53,510 bases of DNA from a bacterium (GTDB lineage Bacteria > JAJRZV01), in NCBI GenBank assembly GCA_024275095.1, contig JAJRZV010000123.1, forward strand, positions 1 to 53,510. Reading direction: 5' to 3'. Positions 31,215-40,925 of this stretch are shown piece after piece. Position numbers and translations under genes: made by a program. The notes beneath the pieces are model-generated. The model was not told the DNA's origin and did not search any database. It was given only the letters and a program-made list of their open reading frames with translations. Each line of letters opens with the position of its first letter. The stretch's first letter is position 1.

Positions 31215-32171
31215 TTACACCTTTTTATCCCTGAGTATACGCCACGCTCTCTCCAGCACCTCTTTCAGCCACGGCGTCAATTCAGAAAGATTCTTCTGCG
31301 CCACTTTCGACCCGTAATGAACTTCAAGTACCACTTCGTCACTTTCCAGGGTCCGATCCCAGCGTAGCTTGAACGGGCCACGTTTGCGTACTTCCAGGTC
31401 CAGCTTGTCCAGAGCTTCATTCACAGCCCATAACCGGGGCCTTGCCATGCGTTCCACATAATACATGAACATGCACGAGGAGTGTTCCTCCCGCATCAAC
31501 TTATCCAGCCAGGCGGCGGTCTCTGCTGCACCCTGGCGATCGTATATATTGGCCGCAGCCTCCATAAGCAAGCGCACGCGCGAGATGGACAGATTATACT
31601 TTTCAGCAGCCCGGGCCACTGCGGCCTGAATCTCACGTGGCAGGAATACCGCCCACTCATAAAACTTAAGAGTTGCACGACGCTTCTCCAGCACAGAAGC
31701 AAGAACAGGATCAAGGTCTTTCACCCTTGCGAGAATATTTACCACCTCCACAGAAGGCTCCAGTCCGCATGGGGGAAGAAGATGTGATGCCACTTCTTCC
31801 ACCGAAAAGTTCGCTTCCAGCACAATGCACACACTCTGGGCCGCCTCTCTCATGCCACGCGATTTATCCCAGAAATTTCTTCTGCACCGCTCCCTCATCG
31901 CATCCAGCAGCGAACCTTCTACGAGCACAACGGGTATATTCGTTTCGTGCTTGAAGGCTTCTACCCGGGAATACCCGTCAATCAGAACATATCGCTCTCC
32001 TTCACGCCATACAGCAAGAGGGTTCAGCAAGCCATTACGCCTCACGTCTTCAACGACGGCTTCATTTACGGGGCGTGTGAAAAACCGCGCATCCTTTTTA
32101 ATATCTTCTTCGTGGAGCAGAAGCACTTTCATCCGGAAGTGTTCCTCCGTATTTAAGAATCCTGGCCGCAT
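31215..32171 (-). CDS. ParB/Srx N-terminal domain protein (start may be 32132)
   Basis: EDVRRNGLLNPLAV...YVLIDGYSRVEA matches the ParB/sulfiredoxin fold; the C-terminal part is helical and divergent. Confidence 0.7.
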   Translation of the reverse strand: MRPGFLNTEEHFRMKVLLLHEEDIKKDARFFTRPVNEAVVEDVRRNGLLNPLAVWREGERYVLIDGYSRVEAFKHETNIPVVLVEGSLLDAMRERCRRNFWDKSRGMREAAQSVCIVLEANFSVEEVASHLLPPCGLEPSVEVVNILARVKDLDPVLASVLEKRRATLKFYEWAVFLPREIQAAVARAAEKYNLSISRVRLLMEAAANIYDRQGAAETAAWLDKLMREEHSSCMFMYYVERMARPRLWAVNEALDKLDLEVRKRGPFKLRWDRTLESDEVVLEVHYGSKVAQKNLSELTPWLKEVLERAWRILRDKKV

Positions 32172-32964
32172 AATCCCGTGCAGCTACAAGCCTACCCCGC
32201 TTAAGCGCTCCCTGATAGAGGATGTTGAGCTTTTTCAAAAGGGCTTCTCTTGCCATGGCCTTCATCTCGTCAGGTGCTTCACCTTCGAGAAATTTCTCTA
32301 TCGCGTATACGCGGAAACGATCCATAGCTTCGTATTTACGGGATAATTGATCTGCGTGACCACCACGCTTTATCACAAGTTTTTCAGGAATGTAACCCAC
32401 TTCAAACCATGGCAAAACCCTGAGCCACATGTCGTAATCTTCACATGCAGGGAGCGATTCATCGAAAAGCCCGACACGTTCAAATATTTTTTTGTGCACC
32501 ATTACGCAGGAAGGGGAAATAAGACACCTCTCGAAAGATCTCTTTGTAAAATCATCACCCCGCTTCATGTGCTTTTTCATTGGATTTACGACTTTACCCC
32601 GCCTCACCCAGATCTCCTCTGTCTGTGAAATAAGAACATCAGGGTGATCCTGGTGAAACTTTTTCTGTACTTTCAATTTTCCGGGAAGCCACAGGTCGTC
32701 TGAGTCGAGGAACGCAACCCATGGATAAGAAGCTGCCTGGACACCTGCATTTCGAGCAGCGGAAATTCCTGCATGAGCAATGCGTACGTACCGAACTGCG
32801 CCTTTAAACATATCCGCAAACAACGGTGTCCGATCATCAGACCCGTCATCAACGACGATAACCTCATCAGCAGGACTTTTTTGTGCGAGTACCGACCACA
32901 CGGCTTCTTTGAAAAACTCCTGGCGGTTATATGTGGTAATAATCGTACTGACTTTCATAAACAC
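32098..32964 (-). CDS. Glycosyltransferase family 2
   Basis: IITTYNR, VVDDGSDD, GISAARNAG, FLDSDD.W, CEDYDMWLR. Confidence 0.92.
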   Translation of the reverse strand: MFMKVSTIITTYNRQEFFKEAVWSVLAQKSPADEVIVVDDGSDDRTPLFADMFKGAVRYVRIAHAGISAARNAGVQAASYPWVAFLDSDDLWLPGKLKVQKKFHQDHPDVLISQTEEIWVRRGKVVNPMKKHMKRGDDFTKRSFERCLISPSCVMVHKKIFERVGLFDESLPACEDYDMWLRVLPWFEVGYIPEKLVIKRGGHADQLSRKYEAMDRFRVYAIEKFLEGEAPDEMKAMAREALLKKLNILYQGALKRGRLVAARDYAARILKYGGTLPDESASAPRRRY

Positions 32965-33542
32965 GCCTCTTCAAGTACCGCAAGTACATCCTGCATTTTT
33001 TTTCGCACCATATTCAGTCTCAGAGCATATACATCTTCCGGGTTTTCGTCAGCAGCATCTGTAATCACCTTTGCCACGCCCACCCTGGAACCCTGTTGCT
33101 GAAAGAATCTGGCCACGTGATAGGCTTCCATATCCACCGCTGTGATACCATCAAGTGCCAGTTCTTGTTTCTTTTGAACACCTGCAGATTCGTCAACAGT
33201 GACCATAATTCCCTGGATTACATTCGAACTCCGCTGTTTACCGAGCGTGGCCATAAGCCATTCTGCTGCCTCTAATAAAACATCAGGTTCACCAGTACGC
33301 TGGAGCTTCAAAGGAATAACAATATCTCCAGGCCTCACATCCTGCCGAACACCTCCTGCTGAACCCAGAACGATGCACATGCCTGGTAGAGAGTCATTCT
33401 TCGCATTTTTCAGCTTTCGTGCCTTGAACCCCGCATCAATCCACAGCAGGCGTGTGGACAGGCCACGACTCTCTTTCTCGCCGGTAAATACAATCAGTAG
33501 TTCGTGCCTCTTTTTAACGAACATTTCAGCGGTACTCCACAT
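32955..33542 (-). CDS. Nucleoside phosphorylase/nucleosidase (PNP_UDP_1; MTA/SAH nucleosidase- or HpnG-like)
   Basis: GSAGG....PGDIV, AVDMEAYHVA, KVITD.ADE. Confidence 0.75.
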   Translation of the reverse strand: MWSTAEMFVKKRHELLIVFTGEKESRGLSTRLLWIDAGFKARKLKNAKNDSLPGMCIVLGSAGGVRQDVRPGDIVIPLKLQRTGEPDVLLEAAEWLMATLGKQRSSNVIQGIMVTVDESAGVQKKQELALDGITAVDMEAYHVARFFQQQGSRVGVAKVITDAADENPEDVYALRLNMVRKKMQDVLAVLEEACL

Positions 33543-33734
33543 AACATTTTATACGTAATCACTTTTTCATCGAAGGGGTACCCGTTCATGCACAACAAAA
33601 AACAGTCCGTCGCACGAGACACATTAAGCATTACCATGTTCCACGTGTCTCAGAAATCACTATTCTTTAAGGGTTAGGCTCTAGCCAGCCAGGTGCATAT
33701 CAGCTTGATTGTTCAATTTCCGGGACGGTTTGAA

Positions 33735-33751
33735 TTAACATAACCTTAACA
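33735..33751 (+). promoter_or_regulatory. Putative Pho box upstream of phoB
   Basis: TTAACA-taacc-TTAACA direct repeat with an 11-bp period. Confidence 0.6.
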
Positions 33752-33825
33752 TTTTCTCAAAGAATACCAAACACTACGGTGTTAATGTGTTAAATTTAAA
33801 AAGACATTAAGTGAGGAGCCATCCA

Positions 33826-34521
33826 ATGGCGAGGGAAACGATTTTAATAATTGAAGATGAAGAAGATATACTCGAACTGGTGGCGTACAATCTCGAAAAA
33901 GAGAACTACCGGGTGCTCAAAGCTGAAAGCGGTGAGGACGGCGTCGCACTGGCCAAACGCGAACTGCCTGACCTTATCATACTCGACCTCATGTTACCGG
34001 GAATAGATGGACTGGACGTGTGCCGTGAATTGAAACGAGAGGATAAAACCGCCGGCATTCCCATCATCATGCTTACTGCAAAGGGTGAAGAAGCAGATAT
34101 TGTGGTGGGATTGGAACTCGGGGCGGATGACTACATTACAAAACCCTTCAGCGTAAAAGTTCTCCTGGCACGCATAAAAGCCGTCATCCGCAGGAGCAAG
34201 AGGCAGTGTCACGAAAATTCCTCTACAACTTTAAAAATCCACAACATTGAAATTAACCCCGCGAAATTCGAGGTAAAAGTCAACGGTAAGGAAGTAAGGC
34301 TCACGGCGACAGAATTCAAAATTTTAAAATGTCTCGCTGAAAAGCCTGGATGGATATTTACACGTTCACAAATTATGGATGCAGTACACGGTGAAACATA
34401 CATAGCCACCGATCGCTCTATCGACGTTCAAATCGCAGGATTGCGGAAAAAACTGGGACCAGCGGGTAAGTTTATAGAAACCGTAAGAGGTGTAGGTTAC
34501 CGGATAAAAGATGAAGAATAA
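33826..34521 (+). CDS. phoB: Phosphate regulon response regulator (OmpR family)
   Basis: IEDE, LDLMLPG.DG, MLTAK.EE.D.V.GLE.GADDY.TKPF, winged helix ETVRGVGY; GAGGAG ribosome-binding site; adjacent to pst genes. Confidence 0.9.
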   Translation: MARETILIIEDEEDILELVAYNLEKENYRVLKAESGEDGVALAKRELPDLIILDLMLPGIDGLDVCRELKREDKTAGIPIIMLTAKGEEADIVVGLELGADDYITKPFSVKVLLARIKAVIRRSKRQCHENSSTTLKIHNIEINPAKFEVKVNGKEVRLTATEFKILKCLAEKPGWIFTRSQIMDAVHGETYIATDRSIDVQIAGLRKKLGPAGKFIETVRGVGYRIKDEE

Positions 34522-36310
34522 AAACAAATACACCCCGGGAAGACAGAGTCTTTTCTGGCAAATATATCCGGCATTCCTCGCTGTTGTGGCGCTGGCAGTA
34601 CTGATAACCGGAATATTCTCCGCGCGACTTTTCAAAAATGAATTGATAAATCACACCAAACGAGAGTTGTTTATCGCAGCAACCACGATAAGAGAAATCC
34701 TGTACAATTCCCCCTTTGACAGGTCGTATCTGGATGAAGAATGCAAAGACCTCGGCCGCAAGACAGGGGTGAGGATCACGTACATTGCACTGAATGGCAC
34801 GGTTCTGTGTGACTCGGAAAAAGACCCGGCCACCATGGACAACCACGCCGACCGCCCTGAATTTAAAGCAGCACTGGAAACAGGTACAGGAACATCCATC
34901 AGATACAGCCATACCCTTGAAAAAGACATGATGTATTTTGCACTGGCCCTCAGAAACCCCGCAAAGGGACACCCGGAGGGAGTCCTTCGAACGTCCGTGC
35001 CACTGGCATCGATCAAAATAGTCTTGCAAAAGAGGTACGGAGAACTTTTATACACCGGCCTGCTTGTCGTACTCATCGCCGCCGTGGTCAGCTTTGTAAC
35101 AGTAAAGGCTCTTACCAGGCCCCTGGAAAAACTGAGGGAGGGAGCGGAAAGGCTCGCCAGCGGAAACTTTAACTACAGAATTCAACCTGAAGGAACAAGA
35201 GAACTCTACAGGGTAGCAGAAGCCCTCAATCAAATGGCCCTCCAGATTAACAAACACATAGAAACGATCTCTCAGAGGCAAAAAGAACTGGAAGCGATAT
35301 TTAACAACATGGCTGAAGGGTTGCTCCTCATCAACGGAAACGGTGAAATCGTCCAAATCAACAAAACCCTGTGCAAAATGATTGGATCTCGATCCTCTGA
35401 AATAAAAAATATTTCTCAGATACCCTCTCTCATAAATATCTATGAAAACACCATGAATTCCGGAAAATGCGTGGAGGATGAAATAATATTTACAGCTGGA
35501 AAGGAAGAAACACACGTCAGGGTTCGATCCGTGCTGATAGAAGAAGGAGGTGGAGAAAGAGGTGTACTGATGGTCCTCAGTGACATCACCCGCTTGAAAC
35601 AGTTGGAAGAAATCAGGCGACAGTTCGTTGCCAACGTATCCCACGAACTCAAAACTCCGCTTACGGCCATAAAAGGTTGTATTGAAACCATTCAAAACGA
35701 GGAATCATCCGCGCCGCTGTCCGCATCAAAAACGTTTCTGGACATCATTGCCAAAAACGCTGACAGGATGCACGCCATTATAGAAGACCTGCTTACTCTC
35801 GCACGCATTGAACAGCAGGAACAAACCAAACGCCTGGATATCCAGTCCTGTCACCTCGCCAGGATACTGAATTCCGCGGTTGAATCCGCAATGCCAGGCG
35901 CCCGGGAAAAGAACATATTATTACACGTGGATTGCGAGAAAGGCCTTGCTGCTGAACTGAATGCATCACTTATGGAGCAGGCGGTGTTTAACCTGGTGGA
36001 TAATGCCGTAAAATACAGCGAAGAAGGCACACGTGTTGAGATAAAAGCCTGCAGAGATAACAATGATATCGTAATTCAGGTCATAGACGAAGGACCTGGT
36101 ATTCCTCCAGAACACCTGCCTCATATCTTCGAGCGATTTTACAGAGTGGACAAATCACGCAGCCGCAAACTCGGTGGCACAGGTCTGGGGCTATCAATAG
36201 TTAAACACATCGCCCAGTTGCACGGTGGACGTGTTGAGGTAAAAAGTACGCCCGGTAAGGGTACAACATTCACAATACGCATACCCGTACAGCACAAAAA
36301 TCTTATATAA
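34511..36310 (+). CDS. phoR: Phosphate regulon sensor histidine kinase
   Basis: Two transmembrane helices, DNHADRPE, HAMP, PAS, FVANVSHELKTPLT, NLVDNAVKY, FERFYRVDKSRSR..GGTGLGLSIVKH. Confidence 0.9.
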   Translation: MKNKNKYTPGRQSLFWQIYPAFLAVVALAVLITGIFSARLFKNELINHTKRELFIAATTIREILYNSPFDRSYLDEECKDLGRKTGVRITYIALNGTVLCDSEKDPATMDNHADRPEFKAALETGTGTSIRYSHTLEKDMMYFALALRNPAKGHPEGVLRTSVPLASIKIVLQKRYGELLYTGLLVVLIAAVVSFVTVKALTRPLEKLREGAERLASGNFNYRIQPEGTRELYRVAEALNQMALQINKHIETISQRQKELEAIFNNMAEGLLLINGNGEIVQINKTLCKMIGSRSSEIKNISQIPSLINIYENTMNSGKCVEDEIIFTAGKEETHVRVRSVLIEEGGGERGVLMVLSDITRLKQLEEIRRQFVANVSHELKTPLTAIKGCIETIQNEESSAPLSASKTFLDIIAKNADRMHAIIEDLLTLARIEQQEQTKRLDIQSCHLARILNSAVESAMPGAREKNILLHVDCEKGLAAELNASLMEQAVFNLVDNAVKYSEEGTRVEIKACRDNNDIVIQVIDEGPGIPPEHLPHIFERFYRVDKSRSRKLGGTGLGLSIVKHIAQLHGGRVEVKSTPGKGTTFTIRIPVQHKNLI

Positions 36311-36386
36311 AAACAATCTGCATTTCATCCGTATTCACGGCCAGCAAATTGTGGAACAGTATTTTACTTCAAATTTTCAACGAATA

Positions 36387-36414
36387 TTAACCGAGCCTTA
36401 ACAAGCAACTAACA
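36387..36414 (+). promoter_or_regulatory. Putative Pho box upstream of pstS
   Basis: TTAACC (36387), TTAACA (36398) and CTAACA (36409) at an exact 11-bp period. Confidence 0.65.
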
Positions 36415-36467
36415 AAGGAATGTCATATTTACAGGTAGAAAAAAACAAGCATGAAAAAGGAGGAAAA

Positions 36468-37577
36468 ATGAAGAAAAGTATCACCGCACAAGCAGCAGGC
36501 TTTATGCTTGCATTCTTTGTGGTTATCGGCGGGTGTGGTAAAAGCGACAACAAAAGCGGAGCGACAAGCCTGGAGGCACACAAACAACGAAATAACAGGG
36601 TAAAAACCATCACAGGTGCCGGGGCTACATTCCCTTACCCCGTTTATGCACAATGGGCATTCAGATATCACAACCTTACCGGTATCAAAATCAACTATCA
36701 GGCCATCGGCTCAGGCGGCGGCATCAGGCAGATCAAATCAGGTATTGTTGACTTTGGAGCCTCGGACGCCCCGCTTACAAAGGAAGAGCTGGATGCTGCA
36801 GGACTCGTTCAGTTTCCCATGATTATAGGTGGGGTTGTAATTGTGGTGAATATTCCCGGTGTTGCGGCAGGGGATCTAAAACTCACACCGGAACTGCTCG
36901 CAGACATCATGAGAGGACGAATAAAAAAGTGGAATGATTCACGCATAAAAAAAATCAACCCGGCTGTTAATCTACCAGACCTTGACATCACCGTTGTACA
37001 CAGGGCGGATGGCTCAGGTACCACCTGGATTTTCACCGATTACCTGAGCAAAGTTTCACCTGAATGGAAAACCACGATCGGCAGGGGCAAGGCTGTCAGG
37101 TGGCCTGCTGGTATCGGTGGTAAAGGCAACGAAGGAGTATCTGCCTACGTAAAACGAATCAACGGAGCGATCGGCTACGTGGAGTTCGCTTATGCATTGC
37201 AAAACAACATGGCATACGTACTTTTGAAAAATCGAGCCGGCAATTATGTGAAACCCGCCATTGAAACGTTCCAGGCAGCAGCAGCAAATGCAGACTGGGA
37301 GCACGCTCCGGGATTCTACCTGGTACTCACGAATCAACCCGGCAAGAACACATGGCCCATTACCGGTGCCTCGTTCATCCTGATGCACAAGGAGCAGCCT
37401 GACGCTGCAAAAGCACGCGCGATACTGGATTTTTTCCACTGGTGTTACAGGCACGGGAAAAACGACGCGGTTAAGCTTCACTACGTGCCTTTACCGGACA
37501 AGGTGATCACGGCTGTAGAGAGAATGTGGGCCAGCGAAATAAAAAGCCACGGCAAGCGTGTGTGGGAGGGAAAATAA
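36468..37577 (+). CDS. pstS: Phosphate ABC transporter substrate-binding lipoprotein
   Basis: AAGGAGG ribosome-binding site; IGGC lipobox; GAGATFPYP, GSGGG, DFGASD, HRADGSGTT, GKGNEGV. Confidence 0.96.
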   Translation: MKKSITAQAAGFMLAFFVVIGGCGKSDNKSGATSLEAHKQRNNRVKTITGAGATFPYPVYAQWAFRYHNLTGIKINYQAIGSGGGIRQIKSGIVDFGASDAPLTKEELDAAGLVQFPMIIGGVVIVVNIPGVAAGDLKLTPELLADIMRGRIKKWNDSRIKKINPAVNLPDLDITVVHRADGSGTTWIFTDYLSKVSPEWKTTIGRGKAVRWPAGIGGKGNEGVSAYVKRINGAIGYVEFAYALQNNMAYVLLKNRAGNYVKPAIETFQAAAANADWEHAPGFYLVLTNQPGKNTWPITGASFILMHKEQPDAAKARAILDFFHWCYRHGKNDAVKLHYVPLPDKVITAVERMWASEIKSHGKRVWEGK

Positions 37578-37599
37578 GCCCCGGACAGGAGTGAATTTA

Positions 37600-38526
37600 A
37601 TGTTCTGCAAAAAGCAGAAGAACATGACACAGGACACACTGTTCAAACTCGCAACTGGCACCGCAGCATTTCTGATACCACTGATAATGGGGGGTATCCT
37701 GGGGGCCCTTGTATTTAATGCGCTTCCGGCAATACGAGCGTTCGGGTTGAAATTCTTAATCACCAACGAGTGGAATCCCGCCACGGGAAAATTCGGAGCC
37801 GCAGCAAGTCTTTTCGGCACTGTACTCTCCAGCCTGATCGCAATGTTGATGGCTGTACCTGCAAGCCTGTTTATCGCCGCATTTCTTTCCGAATTTGCAC
37901 CCCGGTGGCTGAAAAAACCGGTACGGTATGGAATAGAAACGCTGGCAGCCATTCCCAGCATCATTTACGGAATGTGGGGACTTTTCGTCGTTGCTCCATT
38001 TATGTCACAGCACGTCCAGCCCTTCCTCACCAGGTATTTCGGCTTCATACCCCTGTTCAAAGGACCACCCATGGGCATTGGAATGCTTAACGCGGGATTC
38101 ATACTGGCCCTGATGGTACTCCCTTTCATCACATCGGCCATGTACGAAGTATTTGTCATGACTCCTCGAGAAACGCGAGAAGCCGCATATGGAGCAGGAG
38201 CAACCGCGTGGGAAGTTCTTTCCAGGGTAACACTACCACAATCTCTGCCGGGTGTGGTCGGGGCTTTATTCCTGGGTTTCGGTCGTGCCATCGGGGAAAC
38301 GATGGCTGTAACGTTCGTCATCGGCAATACTCACCAGATCTCGTCCAGCCTCTTCAGTGCAGGAACAACCATAGCATCCACGCTTGCAAACGAATTCACC
38401 GAAGCCTCTGAAGGAATTTATCTTGGGGCTTTGTTTGAGCTCGGCATAATACTGCTGTTTGTAAATTTGATCGTAATCGTTATCGGCCAACAGTGGCTCA
38501 AAAAACTCAAGCAGCGCGGATTCTGA
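37600..38526 (+). CDS. pstC: Phosphate ABC transporter permease
   Basis: WNP...FG, LAAIPSIIYGMWG, EAAYGAGAT.WE, GRAIGETMAV. Confidence 0.95.
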   Translation: MFCKKQKNMTQDTLFKLATGTAAFLIPLIMGGILGALVFNALPAIRAFGLKFLITNEWNPATGKFGAAASLFGTVLSSLIAMLMAVPASLFIAAFLSEFAPRWLKKPVRYGIETLAAIPSIIYGMWGLFVVAPFMSQHVQPFLTRYFGFIPLFKGPPMGIGMLNAGFILALMVLPFITSAMYEVFVMTPRETREAAYGAGATAWEVLSRVTLPQSLPGVVGALFLGFGRAIGETMAVTFVIGNTHQISSSLFSAGTTIASTLANEFTEASEGIYLGALFELGIILLFVNLIVIVIGQQWLKKLKQRGF

Positions 38527-38528
38527 AA

Positions 38529-39377
38529 ATGCGAATTCGGAACACGCGGGCGAGGCGCACGATAAATAATTTAATCAAGCTCATATCACTTGTATCAGCC
38601 GTTGCAGGAATCGCCGTTTTGTTCTGGATCCTCGCGGATGTATTTGTAAAAGGTGCCGGGGCCATCAACTGGCAATTTTTCACAGAGCCTCCTCCACCAC
38701 CAGGTGCGGGTACGGGAGGACTCGGAAACGCCATAATTGGAACCTTATTGATGATAATCTTTGCCACCCTCACAAGCGTGCCAGCCGGCGTGTTTGCGGG
38801 GGTATACCTTGTAGAGGTCAACCCTCACTCAAAACTCAGTGAATGGATAAGATTTCTAACCAACACCATGATGGGGATACCTTCGATTGTCACGGGGCTT
38901 TTCGTATACGCTGTACTTGTTAAACCCATGGGCACTTTTTCCGGTTATGCCGGTGGTGTGGCGCTTGCACTCATAATGTTTCCGGTCATCACGCGTACCA
39001 CAGAAGATGTGTTAAAGCTCGTGCCCGATTCCGTTCGCGAGTCCGCCCTGGCCCTTGGTGCAAAGCGATGGAAAGCCACGTTCAGTGTTGTGTTCAGGAC
39101 CGCGAGTTCAGGGCTTATCACCGGGAGTCTTCTCGCTGTCGCCCGAGTAAGCGGAGAAACGGCTCCATTGCTTTTTACCGCTTTAAACTCTCCCTACTGG
39201 CCGGAATCGCTCGCGCAGCCCACAGCAAACCTCACAGTTACCATATTCAACTTCGCCATGAGCCCCTATCCTGAATGGCAAAAGCTGGCATGGGGTGCAT
39301 CGCTCCTTATCACCACGGGTGTACTGCTGGTAATACTCCTGGTCCGCACAGCACTATCCAGAGGAGGAAACAAATGA
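38529..39377 (+). CDS. pstA: Phosphate ABC transporter permease
   Basis: [42 protein letters not shown]. Confidence 0.95.
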   Translation: MRIRNTRARRTINNLIKLISLVSAVAGIAVLFWILADVFVKGAGAINWQFFTEPPPPPGAGTGGLGNAIIGTLLMIIFATLTSVPAGVFAGVYLVEVNPHSKLSEWIRFLTNTMMGIPSIVTGLFVYAVLVKPMGTFSGYAGGVALALIMFPVITRTTEDVLKLVPDSVRESALALGAKRWKATFSVVFRTASSGLITGSLLAVARVSGETAPLLFTALNSPYWPESLAQPTANLTVTIFNFAMSPYPEWQKLAWGASLLITTGVLLVILLVRTALSRGGNK

Positions 39378-40192
39378 GTCAACCGGCTGTATCCCCGGTA
39401 AATCAGAAAAGGAGCAATATTGCATCCGAACCCGCAAGCACTCCCAAAATTGCCGTGCGCAACCTGAACTTCTATTACGGTAACCAACAGGTCCTGTTTG
39501 ACAACAACCTTGACATTATGCCTTACTCGGTAACGGCCATCATCGGTCCGTCTGGTTGTGGAAAGTCCACACACATCCGGGTGTACAATCGAATTTTCGA
39601 ACTCTATCCCGAACAACGCGCCGAGGGTGAAGTGCTGCTGGACGGGGTTAATATTCTCTCAAGGCAAACAGATGTAATAGAACTGCGGCGAAGAATCGGG
39701 ATGATATTTCAAAAACCGACACCATTCCCAATGAGTATATTCGAAAACGTCGCTTACGGATTAAGGCTCCATTACCGTTTAAGATCAGGAGAAATTGCAG
39801 CGCGGGTTGAAGATGCACTGAAGGCTGTGGGTCTCTGGGATGAGGTAAAAGACAGGCTCGATGCACCGGCCGTATCGCTTTCTGGTGGCCAGCAGCAACG
39901 GCTTTGTATTGCCAGGGCTCTTGCGGTAGAACCCGAGATACTGCTTATGGACGAACCTACTTCAGCGATAGACCCCGCCGGCACGGCTCGTATTGAAGCA
40001 CTTGTCACTTCGCTCAAAAATTCCATCACCATCGTCATCGTAACCCACAACATGCAGCAGGCAGCGAGAATCTCTGATTACACAGCATTCTTTTATGAAG
40101 GGCGGATTGTGGAATTCGGCCCGACCACGCGTGTATTTACCAATCCGGTAGAAAAAGCCACGGAAGACTACATAACAGGACGCTTCGGCTGA
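39374..40192 (+). CDS. pstB: Phosphate ABC transporter ATPase
   Basis: [58 protein letters not shown]. Confidence 0.97.
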   Translation: MSQPAVSPVNQKRSNIASEPASTPKIAVRNLNFYYGNQQVLFDNNLDIMPYSVTAIIGPSGCGKSTHIRVYNRIFELYPEQRAEGEVLLDGVNILSRQTDVIELRRRIGMIFQKPTPFPMSIFENVAYGLRLHYRLRSGEIAARVEDALKAVGLWDEVKDRLDAPAVSLSGGQQQRLCIARALAVEPEILLMDEPTSAIDPAGTARIEALVTSLKNSITIVIVTHNMQQAARISDYTAFFYEGRIVEFGPTTRVFTNPVEKATEDYITGRFG

Positions 40193-40217
40193 TTTGATTA
40201 AAAGAAAGGAGCACATC

Positions 40218-40886
40218 ATGTCAACGGTGCTGCAAAGGGAGCTGGAAAAACTTAAAAGGGCGATACTTGCCCAGTGTGCAGCAGTACAGTCACAGGTGAG
40301 AAATGCAATAACAGCCGTGGCCCGGCGCGATGAATCGCTTGCCGTGAAGGTCATACAATCAGACGCGGAAATAGATGCAAAGGAAGTCGAGATCGAGGAA
40401 GAATGCTTAAAACTTATTGCTCTTCACCAGCCGGTAGCTTCTGATCTCAGATTTATCATTACGGCATTAAAAATCAACAACGACCTCGAACGCATAGGTG
40501 ACCTCGCCGTCAACATCGCCGAACGGAGCGTTTCTCTGTGCAGGGAAAATGAAAAAGTCGTTCACTCATCACCCGTGGATCTCACGCGAATGGTCGAAAC
40601 CACACGCCTCATGCTGGAAAACAGCATCAAATCGCTGGTAAATCTCGACACTGAGCTGGCGAAAAAAGTAAGGCTCTTGGATGATGAAGTTGATGAAGAA
40701 AACCGTAAAATGTTTCGAACGGTCATTCGAGAGGCCCAAAAACACCCTGAAATCTTGCCCTGTTTGATGAGTATGCTTTCTGTGTCCAGATACCTCGAAC
40801 GAATCGCGGACCTCGCCAGCAACATTGCCGAAGACGTTATTTATCTTGTTCACGGCGAAATCGTGAGGCACCGCTCTTCCGGTTAA
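40218..40886 (+). CDS. phoU: Phosphate signalling protein PhoU
   Basis: HQPVASDLR, DLERIGDLA.NIA, YLERIADLA.NIAE.V.Y. Confidence 0.96.
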   Translation: MSTVLQRELEKLKRAILAQCAAVQSQVRNAITAVARRDESLAVKVIQSDAEIDAKEVEIEEECLKLIALHQPVASDLRFIITALKINNDLERIGDLAVNIAERSVSLCRENEKVVHSSPVDLTRMVETTRLMLENSIKSLVNLDTELAKKVRLLDDEVDEENRKMFRTVIREAQKHPEILPCLMSMLSVSRYLERIADLASNIAEDVIYLVHGEIVRHRSSG

Positions 40887-40925
40887 AAATGTTTCGGGCT
40901 CACAGCGGGTATATCGACCACGCAA

